A stretch of 64,000 nt of DNA from a virus. The notes beneath the pieces are model-generated. The model ran no database searches. It was given only the letters and a program-made list of their open reading frames with translations, and was not told the origin of the DNA. The DNA lies in IMG/VR virus record IMGVR_UViG_3300021959_007301, positions 1-64,000 of that record, one strand, 5' to 3'. Shown here piece by piece: positions 31,629 through 39,954 of the stretch (its first letter is position 1; the number at the start of each line of letters is the position of its first letter). The position numbers were made by a program, and so were the translations under genes.

Positions 31629-32462
31629 ATGGCAACGAAACATAAACTTATTGCAGACTTGGGACTTGCAACTAACGGTGACTTGAGTGTTGATGGAAAC
31701 GCAACAATTACAGGAAACTTAACGGTTAATGGTACGACAATTACCATTAACTCTACTACCACATCAGTTGAAGACAGTTTATTAGAACTTGCAAATCAGA
31801 ACACTTCTAGTGACACTATAGATATTGGTTTCTATGGTAACTATGATGATGGTTTATCAGATGATGCAAGTGAGTATACAGGTCTATTCAGAGATGCATC
31901 AGATTCCACATGGAAACTCTTTGATGGTCTAGAAGTCGAGCCAGGAACAACGGTAGACACTACAGGTTCAGGATATGCAAAGGCAGCACTAGAAGTTGGT
32001 GATTTAACTGCAACGACACTCAATGTATCAAACAGTATCACTGGTGCAAGTATATCATACCCAACATCAGACGGAACAAGCGGACAGGTTCTTACAACCA
32101 ATGGCAGTGGAACATTAACATTTCAAGATGCAGGAAGTGGACTTAGTGAAGGTAGTGTAACAACTACATCAACTTCTGAAACAAATTTAGATACATGGTC
32201 TTCTTCAACGTATCGATCCGTTAAATATACTATATCAATTTCAGATAGTACTGCAGGTGATTACGAAATGACTGAGATACATGTACTACACGATGGTACA
32301 AATGCATATTTCTCTCAATTCGGTACTGTACTTGCAGGAACCACGAGTGAATTAGTATCTTTTGGTGTTGATATCAGTGGTGGGGATGTGAGATTAAGAA
32401 TTACACCTGCTTCTACAAACTCTACTGCAATAAAGTTTAAAAAAATTGAAATTGGGGTGTAG
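31629..32462 (+). CDS. Tail fibre-like protein
   Basis: GNLTVNGTTITINS, DIGFYG, GLFRDASD, plus the shared C-terminal HDGT..DISGG.VRL.ITPA domain. Confidence 0.75.
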   Translation: MATKHKLIADLGLATNGDLSVDGNATITGNLTVNGTTITINSTTTSVEDSLLELANQNTSSDTIDIGFYGNYDDGLSDDASEYTGLFRDASDSTWKLFDGLEVEPGTTVDTTGSGYAKAALEVGDLTATTLNVSNSITGASISYPTSDGTSGQVLTTNGSGTLTFQDAGSGLSEGSVTTTSTSETNLDTWSSSTYRSVKYTISISDSTAGDYEMTEIHVLHDGTNAYFSQFGTVLAGTTSELVSFGVDISGGDVRLRITPASTNSTAIKFKKIEIGV

Positions 32463-32531
32463 TTTAAACATCACAAACTCATAAATACAAGTGTTAAACC
32501 ACACTTTTAAGTTTTATAGGACACACAAAAC

Positions 32532-32792
32532 ATGGCAACACAGAATACATTTGTTATAGAGTACGGATTGACAGTGGGTTCTACAGAGGTTATCAATAGT
32601 TCAGGTAAACTACAGGCAACTGCATTATCAGAATTAGACACAGATAGTCTTTCAGAAGGTTCCACGAATCAATACTTTTCAAACACAAGAGCAAGAGGTT
32701 CTATATCACTTGCTACTGGAGAATCAAATTTAAGTTATAATTCATCTACTGGTGAACTTTCATTACCAACAGTTGATGGGGGTAGTATCTAA
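32532..32792 (+). CDS. Small fibre connector protein
   Basis: GLTVG..EVI.SSG N-terminus shared with 32792; TD.LSEGSTN.Y..RAR; ends VDGGSI. Confidence 0.7.
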   Translation: MATQNTFVIEYGLTVGSTEVINSSGKLQATALSELDTDSLSEGSTNQYFSNTRARGSISLATGESNLSYNSSTGELSLPTVDGGSI

Positions 32793-34309
32793 TGGCAGGG
32801 GAAAAGAATTTTATAATCAAGAATGGTCTGACCGTTGGTAACGTAGAGGTTATCGATAGTTCAGGTAACATCACTGCAAGTGGTGTTGGTGCTGCCGTTC
32901 AAGAAGCAATCGCAGACAAAATCGGTGGTATTATTCAGGGTTCAGGTTCAACCACAGTAACCTATGATGATACAAACGATACTATCACGATTTCATCAAC
33001 TGGTAAGACAGAAGAAGAGATTCAAGATATAGTTGGTGGTCAATTAGTAACCAACGGTTCACATACAAACATTACTGCATCTTACGATGATGCAGGAGAC
33101 GGTGCAGTTGACCTTGTAATTTCAGATGCAACAATTCAATCTAAAATTACTGCTGGAACTGGTGTTTCAGTTTCAAGTGGTGAAGTTAGTATCGGTCAGG
33201 CAGTAGGAACTTCAGATTCACCTTCATTTGCAGGTATGACACTTACAGGTGCATCAACAGTTTCAGGACATATTCTTCCAAGTGCAGATGTTACCTACGA
33301 CTTAGGTTCAGCATCGTATCAATGGAGAGACGTATATGTCGGGTCAGGGTCACTTTATGTTAACGGACAAAAAGTATTAGAAGATAGTTCAGGAACAATC
33401 GTTGTTTCTGCTGACAGTGACCAAAACCTTCAAATGAAAACTGCTGGTAGTGGTGACATTGAGTTCAACCCATCAGGTACAGGTATCATTCAAGCAAAAG
33501 GTACACTTCAAATGTTGGATGGTGAAACAATCACCAACAGTGCAGGTAACGATGTAGAGTTTGGAAACAATATCAGTGTAAACCAAATTGCATCAAGAAG
33601 TGCAGATACTAACTTAGTATTAAGTGGTAATGGAACAGGTAATGTTACACTTAACGATACAGTTGTAATTACTGGAGACCTTACAGTTTCAGGTACAACA
33701 ACTACTGTTAACTCAGAAACAATCAACCTTGCAGATAACATTCTAAATTTAAACTCTGATTTCACATCAGGTTCACCTACTCAAGATGCTGGTTTAAGTA
33801 TCTCAAGAGGTGGTTCAGCTGCAAAAACATTCTTATGGGATGAGACCAACGATAGATGGACAGTCGGTTCAGAGTCTATGGTTGCAGCAACATTTATTGG
33901 TAACTTAACTGGAGATGTAACTGGAACAGTTTCAGATATTTCAAACCATGATACAGACGATGTTTCTGAAGGCTCAACCAATTTATATCATACTACTGCA
34001 AGAGCAAGAGGTTCAATCTCTGCTGGTGGTGATTTATCATACAACAGTTCAACTGGTGTAGTATCATTTACTGAAAGAACAGATTCAGAAGTACAAGGAT
34101 TAATCACTGCAGGAACTGGTGTTTCAGTTTCTTCAGGTCAGGTAAGTATCGGACAGGCAGTTTCAACATCATCAAACGTAGAGTTTACACAAATTAGTAC
34201 AAACTATGCCAACAATAGTGGTGCTGTTGCAAGGAATATACATCAATCAACTTCTACACCTTCATCAGGTGATGGTGCAGTTGGTGACTTGTGGATTTAC
34301 TACGCATAA
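32792..34309 (+). CDS. Tail fibre-like protein with C-terminal PSSG..GDLW motif
   Basis: EEIQDIVG, ILP.ADVTYDLGS...WRD.Y, GDLTVSGTTTTVNS, WDET.DRW; ends STPSSGDGAVGDLWIYYA. Confidence 0.78.
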   Translation: MAGEKNFIIKNGLTVGNVEVIDSSGNITASGVGAAVQEAIADKIGGIIQGSGSTTVTYDDTNDTITISSTGKTEEEIQDIVGGQLVTNGSHTNITASYDDAGDGAVDLVISDATIQSKITAGTGVSVSSGEVSIGQAVGTSDSPSFAGMTLTGASTVSGHILPSADVTYDLGSASYQWRDVYVGSGSLYVNGQKVLEDSSGTIVVSADSDQNLQMKTAGSGDIEFNPSGTGIIQAKGTLQMLDGETITNSAGNDVEFGNNISVNQIASRSADTNLVLSGNGTGNVTLNDTVVITGDLTVSGTTTTVNSETINLADNILNLNSDFTSGSPTQDAGLSISRGGSAAKTFLWDETNDRWTVGSESMVAATFIGNLTGDVTGTVSDISNHDTDDVSEGSTNLYHTTARARGSISAGGDLSYNSSTGVVSFTERTDSEVQGLITAGTGVSVSSGQVSIGQAVSTSSNVEFTQISTNYANNSGAVARNIHQSTSTPSSGDGAVGDLWIYYA

Positions 34310-34343
34310 ATAATTGCGTAGATTAGTGAGGATAAAAACATAA

Positions 34344-35315
34344 ATGGCGTCAGGTAATCAAAGCGTAAAAACACCTACAGGGTGGAGTGCTACAAGAGGT
34401 GCATGGGTAAAAACTGCACAAGGTACTTGGAGTGCTGTAAAACAAATTTACATCAAAACTCCTACTGGTTGGAATGACGCTTCAGGTCAAGAGTTAACTC
34501 AACAACCTTATCCGTACATTGCAAATGGTCAGTATCCATATATTGCTAATGCACAACAACCTTATCCGTACATTGCAAATGGACAAACACCATATATTGC
34601 AGATGCACAACAACCTTATCCTTATATAGCAAATGCACAATCACCATATATTGCTGATGCACAACAACCTTATCCTTACATTGCAAATGCACAGTCACCT
34701 TATATTGCAAATGGTCAGACACCATTTACGTATCAACATAGACAACCATTTACATATGCTAGACAAGGTCAGACACCATTTACGTATCAACATAGACAAC
34801 CTGTAACATATGCTAGACAAGGACAAACTCCTTTCACATATCAAAACAGACAACCGTTTACCTATCAACATAGGTCACCGTTTACCTATCAACATAGGTC
34901 ACCGTTTACATACAACCATAGGTCTCCATTTACATACAGAAACCCTGTGTCTGCACAAGAACCTAATATTAGAAATGGTCAAACACCGTTCACTTATAGT
35001 GCAAGGTATCCTGCAAATGCTCGATATCCAGCAAACGGTCAAACACCGTTCACTTATAGTGCAAGGTATCCTGCAAATGCAAGACAACCAGTAGCATTTA
35101 GGTCACCGTTTACATATCGTGTACCTTATATTGCTAATGCAAGACAACCAAACAGTGCAAGGAACCCATTTACCTATCGTGTGCCTTATATTGCAAACGC
35201 AAGACAACCAAGTACAGCACAACAACCGTATACGTATAACTTCAGACAGAATGTTGTATACTTCTACGGTGGTGGTGGCGGCGGTGGCGGTTTCTTCCCA
35301 CAACAATTGAAATAA
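34344..35315 (+). CDS. Pro/Tyr/Gln/Arg repeat protein, pair 2 chain A
   Basis: N-terminal VKTPTGW repeats; 30+ units starting at 34500; C-terminal YFY-G8-FF. Confidence 0.85.
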   Translation: MASGNQSVKTPTGWSATRGAWVKTAQGTWSAVKQIYIKTPTGWNDASGQELTQQPYPYIANGQYPYIANAQQPYPYIANGQTPYIADAQQPYPYIANAQSPYIADAQQPYPYIANAQSPYIANGQTPFTYQHRQPFTYARQGQTPFTYQHRQPVTYARQGQTPFTYQNRQPFTYQHRSPFTYQHRSPFTYNHRSPFTYRNPVSAQEPNIRNGQTPFTYSARYPANARYPANGQTPFTYSARYPANARQPVAFRSPFTYRVPYIANARQPNSARNPFTYRVPYIANARQPSTAQQPYTYNFRQNVVYFYGGGGGGGGFFPQQLK

Positions 35316-35333
35316 TGAGGATTATAAAGTAAA

Positions 35334-36161
35334 ATGGCAACAGGTTTTTATAGGACGATAACAACAGGAAATGCGAGAAGCACGATAAACGTGCAGACTC
35401 CGTTTACCTATAATGCTAGGTATCCTGCATCAGCACAACAACCGTTTACGTTCCAAAACCCATTTACGTATTCCAATAGATATCCTGCATCAGCACAACA
35501 ACCTGTAACTTATCGGTCACCGTTTACATATCGTGTGCCTTATATTGCTAATGCAAGACAACCGTTTACCTATAGAGTACCATTTACATATAGGGTTCCT
35601 TATATTGCTAATGCAAGACAACCGTTTACATACAACTATAGGTCACCATTTACCTATAGAAACCCTGTGTCTGCACAAGAACCAAATATAAGGTCTGCAC
35701 AAGAACCAAATATAAGGTCAGCACAAGAACCTAACATTAGAAATGCACAAAGTCCATATATTGCATCAGCACAACAACCGTACCCATATATTGCAAATGC
35801 ACAATCGCCTTATATTGCTAATGCACAACAACCGTATCCTTACATTGCAAATGGACAATACCCATATATTGCTAGTGCAAGACAACCGTTTACATATCAA
35901 CATAGACAACCAGTGACATATGCAAGACAGGGTCAAACACCTTTCACCTATCAGCATAGACAACCAGTGACATATGCAAGACAGGGTCAAACACCTTTCA
36001 CCTATCAAAATAGACAACCATTTACTTATGCACGTCAAGGTCAAACACCATTTACCTATCAACATAGACAACCGTTTACCTATGCAAGACAGGGTAGAAC
36101 TCCAGTTGCAAGATGGGATGGTGAATTATCACAACAGTGGCCTGCAACACCTATTTCCTAG
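35334..36161 (+). CDS. Pro/Tyr/Gln/Arg repeat protein, pair 2 chain B
   Basis: Own RBS (GAGGA); 30 units at 35394-36095. Confidence 0.85.
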   Translation: MATGFYRTITTGNARSTINVQTPFTYNARYPASAQQPFTFQNPFTYSNRYPASAQQPVTYRSPFTYRVPYIANARQPFTYRVPFTYRVPYIANARQPFTYNYRSPFTYRNPVSAQEPNIRSAQEPNIRSAQEPNIRNAQSPYIASAQQPYPYIANAQSPYIANAQQPYPYIANGQYPYIASARQPFTYQHRQPVTYARQGQTPFTYQHRQPVTYARQGQTPFTYQNRQPFTYARQGQTPFTYQHRQPFTYARQGRTPVARWDGELSQQWPATPIS

Positions 36162-36200
36162 TGACTAAATACTAGTAAGTTTAACAATTCGGTTTATATT

Positions 36201-37754
36201 ATGTTTATTGATTTAAAGGAATACGATATTGCAAAAGAAATCCTCTCAAAGGTTGAGGATTTCAGTGGTAAGTATTATCATCTAGGACAAATTGACATAG
36301 ACAGAGATTACTCTGAAAAAGAATCGTATAAGATTCTGAAGTATGTCATGGAAGAAATCATTCCACCAATTAAGATTTTTAAATGGGGTGATTTTGAAAA
36401 GGAACGCAAATCATCTAAGTGGTCACTGTTCAACGGTCTCAAAAATGAAGCACCATGTTATCATAAATTCCTACCTTTAGGATACACCACCAAACCAAGA
36501 AATGAAGAGAAAGGTGTCGCAGGTATGGACACCATTACACTTGATGGTGAGTACATAGATATTGAAAACGAAGTCACATGGAATGATGGATACACTCCTA
36601 CAGAAAGTGATGCAGAGTCATTACATTCAATGTATTACCATGCTGCAAAAGCACACTGGTTAACTCAAAGTATTCAAAAAGAAGGTCTTTGGGCACCAAT
36701 TCAAGGTAAAGTGGTAGAACTTGTTAAAGATAGCAGATATCAATTAAGAATACATCCAGGCTCTGTTAGGTCAGGAGTATTTGAAGAAATGGGTGACCCT
36801 GATATGGAGTTATGTATCATAGATAAGTATGATGCAATCGATTCCCCTGCTGTTACTGTAGATGAACTTATAGAGTATTGGAAAACCAAACTTGATGCAA
36901 GACCTGAATTAAATAAAGACAATGGACACTATAATGTTTCCTTTACACTTATTGAAGGTGCATTAGAGTATAATACAAACTTAATGAACGTAGGTATGTT
37001 TCGTCCAGTTGTATATGAATTCAATAAAAAGGTTACAGAACTTGCAAAAGGTAAACCATTCAATATCTATATTGGATACGACAGTAGACACAGAGACCTG
37101 CCTGAGATTGCAAAAAAATCTATATTAGACACCATCGAAAAGGACACTGGTAATGGTCACTGTATTGAACAGGTAAAATTTAAACCTGAAGTTAAGTTCT
37201 TAGATGTTTCAAAGATACCTGAATACACTAGAGAGTATGCAAATCAATCAACTGAGTTTACTTACAGTAGATTTTTAATTCCATACTTAGAGAACTATGA
37301 AGGATTCAGTATGTTCATTGATGATGACTTCATCTTTCAAAAAAGTTTATTACCTATGTTCTATTATTTAAATCCTGATGATGCTGTTGCATGTATTCAG
37401 TATCCACAATACAAACATGATGGCACTAAGTTTAAAGGTGAGGTAAATATCGATTACCCCAAAAAACTGTGGTCAAGTCTAATGATATTTAACAATGGAC
37501 ATGAAGATTGTAAAAAATTAACACCTGAAGTGGTTAACACTTGGACAGGAAAACAACTCCATCAATTTGAATGGACGGACAAAATCAGTAAGATTCCTGA
37601 ACGATATATATTTACAGAAGGGTATGATGACCCTGAAACTAAATGGGATTTCAACGGTATTCATTACACAAGGGGTGGGCCTTGGGTAGAAAGTATGGAT
37701 TATTCCCACATAAATAATTTAGATATTTACAAAAGATGGGAAATTTTAGTTTGA
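36201..37754 (+). CDS. Two-domain protein: unknown N-terminal domain plus GT-A glycosyltransferase domain
   Basis: C-terminal half IYIGYDSR, STEFTYSRFLIPYL, FIDDDF (DxD), YP.K.WSSLM.FN, HYT.GGPW. Confidence 0.78.
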   Translation: MFIDLKEYDIAKEILSKVEDFSGKYYHLGQIDIDRDYSEKESYKILKYVMEEIIPPIKIFKWGDFEKERKSSKWSLFNGLKNEAPCYHKFLPLGYTTKPRNEEKGVAGMDTITLDGEYIDIENEVTWNDGYTPTESDAESLHSMYYHAAKAHWLTQSIQKEGLWAPIQGKVVELVKDSRYQLRIHPGSVRSGVFEEMGDPDMELCIIDKYDAIDSPAVTVDELIEYWKTKLDARPELNKDNGHYNVSFTLIEGALEYNTNLMNVGMFRPVVYEFNKKVTELAKGKPFNIYIGYDSRHRDLPEIAKKSILDTIEKDTGNGHCIEQVKFKPEVKFLDVSKIPEYTREYANQSTEFTYSRFLIPYLENYEGFSMFIDDDFIFQKSLLPMFYYLNPDDAVACIQYPQYKHDGTKFKGEVNIDYPKKLWSSLMIFNNGHEDCKKLTPEVVNTWTGKQLHQFEWTDKISKIPERYIFTEGYDDPETKWDFNGIHYTRGGPWVESMDYSHINNLDIYKRWEILV

Positions 37755-37779
37755 CAAATCCCACATTATAGTTTATAAT
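37751..37779 (+). promoter_or_regulatory. Consensus sigma70-type (early) promoter
   Basis: TTGACA (37751-37756), 17 nt spacer, TATAAT (37774-37779), then RBS GAGG and ATG 37796. Confidence 0.8.
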
Positions 37780-37795
37780 ATGAAAGAGGTAACTT

Positions 37796-38362
37796 ATGAA
37801 AAGTGAATTAATATATACAGAAAATGGTGAATTGAGAATCACCAAACCTAATGGTCTCTCATACAGTTTTGAAAATGTAGATGCACCTGAGTTAGGTTTT
37901 GAATATGACATGCTGGTGTATTCAGACATCGAAGTCAAGGTTCTTAAATGGGACGATAGTTTAGGGTTTGATAGTCAAGACCACATAAAACTTAATGACG
38001 AAGAGAAAGATGCTATTGAGTTATACATAGAAAACTCTGAACCTCCTATAGGTTATTCTTTAAACAACCAATTCCTAAAACGTCTTAATGACATGTGTCA
38101 TGAAAATGTTAATAATCAATGTAATGCATATGGTTTTGATAATGAAGTTGAAGTTCTTATTGCAGGTAGAGAGGGTTCAGCACATCCTGCAAGGTCACCT
38201 GCAAGACGTGTTTTAGAGTACATAGATGCCCTTTGGTGTTGTTATCAACAAGTAGAAGAAGAGATTTTAAATACTAGAGAAGACTTCTTAAAAGACTTCG
38301 AAGAGTATCTTAGTGTAATTCCACAACCTTTACAGGCACCTGATAGTCAAGCCAGGACTTAG
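37796..38362 (+). CDS. Hypothetical protein, possibly tail-fibre assembly/chaperone-like
   Basis: C-terminal helical pattern (YGFD...A..V..YIDALW......EE......FEEYL..IP) recalls fibre-assembly proteins; not confirmed. Confidence 0.5.
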   Translation: MKSELIYTENGELRITKPNGLSYSFENVDAPELGFEYDMLVYSDIEVKVLKWDDSLGFDSQDHIKLNDEEKDAIELYIENSEPPIGYSLNNQFLKRLNDMCHENVNNQCNAYGFDNEVEVLIAGREGSAHPARSPARRVLEYIDALWCCYQQVEEEILNTREDFLKDFEEYLSVIPQPLQAPDSQART

Positions 38363-38363
38363 T

Positions 38364-39086
38364 ATGTCTGATTTTGATATTGTGTACTTGGATGAACCAT
38401 TCAAGGTCACAGAACTACCACTTAAAAAAATCTATGTAATTGATGACTATCTATGTACAGAATTACATCATCATATAGATAAAATTTTAACCAATAGTTC
38501 TATATGGTCTAAGACCAATCAAGTAAGCAGTAGAAATCCCACAGGATTACCACATCATAGTTTTTGGGGTGCAAGTTTTCTTAGAGAGGATGAAAGATTA
38601 GAACAAGGTCAAGATGAATATCACTCCTATATACCTTTATGGTTTAACCGAAGAATCCAAACTGACTTTCAATTTAAGTGGATTAGATTTCAATACATGG
38701 GATTGAATAGTCAGACACAAGGATTACATGGAACCACTCACTCTGATTGTGCTGACCATGATGAATGGAATCTATCTTTTTTATATTACTATAATAGATT
38801 TTGGAACAAGGAGTGGGGTGGAAATTTAAGATTTTATGATGAACCACAGTTTGGACTTCAAGGTAGAGACGAACACATTAAAAACCATCAGATAGGTGAA
38901 GTTGAATTCAAACCTAATAGGTTATTAATGTTTGATGGTAGAATACCACATGGTGCAGATGCACCAACACCTAAAGCAAAATATGTAGACAGAAGGTCAA
39001 TTGTTCTTAGAGGTGACGAGGTTCAATTAATAGATAGTGAGGAAATGTTTAGTGCCAACGATAGAGTTCACAACATACGATACTGA
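38364..39086 (+). CDS. 2OG-Fe(II) oxygenase (prolyl-hydroxylase-like)
   Basis: HSD (HxD), W..EWGG.L.FY, FKPNRL.MFDG.IPH, distal R.S. Confidence 0.82.
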   Translation: MSDFDIVYLDEPFKVTELPLKKIYVIDDYLCTELHHHIDKILTNSSIWSKTNQVSSRNPTGLPHHSFWGASFLREDERLEQGQDEYHSYIPLWFNRRIQTDFQFKWIRFQYMGLNSQTQGLHGTTHSDCADHDEWNLSFLYYYNRFWNKEWGGNLRFYDEPQFGLQGRDEHIKNHQIGEVEFKPNRLLMFDGRIPHGADAPTPKAKYVDRRSIVLRGDEVQLIDSEEMFSANDRVHNIRY

Positions 39087-39954
39087 AACAACAAAAAACT
39101 TTAGACCTGTTTTAGCAAGAAAATACCAACCACATTGGTGGAAACGTGCTAAAGTTGGAATGGACGTTAGAAATAAGAAGACGACTACTATTCGTGCATG
39201 TCCTGCTATGGATGATTGGTTAAAGAGTGGGTGGTATTTAATTGCAAATAGAGATTTGCATGTTAAGTTTGGAAGAACTCCTGAAACTAATGATGACCAT
39301 TCTAGAGGTCATGTTGTAGATAATGGTGATTATGCATCACCTTCGCACCCCTCAGAACAAATGGCAGGTGCATTTCAATACTTAGATAATGAAGGCCCGA
39401 TTAAAGATGCCTTTAAAATGAGAAATCCATGGAACGTAGTTACACCTCCAGGCTATTCTTGTTTTTACTTAGACCCCTTTCTTTTTCAAAATAGATACTT
39501 TGCAACTTGGCAAGGAATTATAGATACCGATAAATTCAATAAGAATATGGACAATGCACAGATAATCTTTTATCCAAAGGTGAATCATTCATTTACTATA
39601 AAAGAAGGAACTCCTTTGTGTCAAGTGATTCCATATAAAAGAGAAGAGTGGAATGCAAGTTATATTCAATACGACCACAAATCATTCACAGAAAATAGGT
39701 CATCCGTTACATCACATCATTCACAAGAAGATGGAACAGGTGCAACAATGGATGAGTGGGTTAGAAAACCAGGCCTATCTGAATCAGATAGAGCAGAAAA
39801 TTTAACTAGTGGTGGATATAGAAAAGGTGAATATTGGACACCTAAAGGCAAGTTTTATAAAGAAGAATCTCCACCACCTGAGTGTCCATTTCATGTAAGC
39901 GAAAACGATGATAGTGGAGAACATCAACTGGAGTTAGATTTAGATGGCAGTTAG
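39037..39954 (+). CDS. Conserved phage protein often clustered with 2OG oxygenases (DUF6065-like; start may be GTG 39052)
   Basis: CPAM.D, FKM.NPW...TPPGYS, G.IDTD, I.EGTPL.Q.IP.KR. Confidence 0.6.
   Translation: MRKCLVPTIEFTTYDTETTKNFRPVLARKYQPHWWKRAKVGMDVRNKKTTTIRACPAMDDWLKSGWYLIANRDLHVKFGRTPETNDDHSRGHVVDNGDYASPSHPSEQMAGAFQYLDNEGPIKDAFKMRNPWNVVTPPGYSCFYLDPFLFQNRYFATWQGIIDTDKFNKNMDNAQIIFYPKVNHSFTIKEGTPLCQVIPYKREEWNASYIQYDHKSFTENRSSVTSHHSQEDGTGATMDEWVRKPGLSESDRAENLTSGGYRKGEYWTPKGKFYKEESPPPECPFHVSENDDSGEHQLELDLDGS

Noticed and set aside
35313-35336. Stop-codon readthrough fusing chains A and B (same frame)
   Set aside because: Three in-frame stops (TAA TGA ... TAA) and a separate GAGGA RBS lie between them. 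Pair 1 genes are in different frames.
25216-36161. Repeat arrays as CRISPR arrays or diversity-generating retroelement template/variable repeats
   Set aside because: The repeats are in-frame coding units varying largely at synonymous positions. There are no unique spacers, no cas genes and no reverse transcriptase in the window.
34344-36161. Mirror symmetry explained by a DNA inverted repeat or sense-antisense coding
   Set aside because: Both genes are on the + strand. The reverse strand of the arrays translates to Cys/Ile/Arg-rich text (CICNVRIRLL), not to the partner units, so the complementarity is at the peptide level.
25297-36168. Cys-rich antisense ORFs and alternate-frame ORFs over the repeat genes (25297, 26427, 26602, 34810, 35766 and others)
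   Set aside because: Shadow ORFs produced by the periodic sense-strand coding; no independent expression signals seen.
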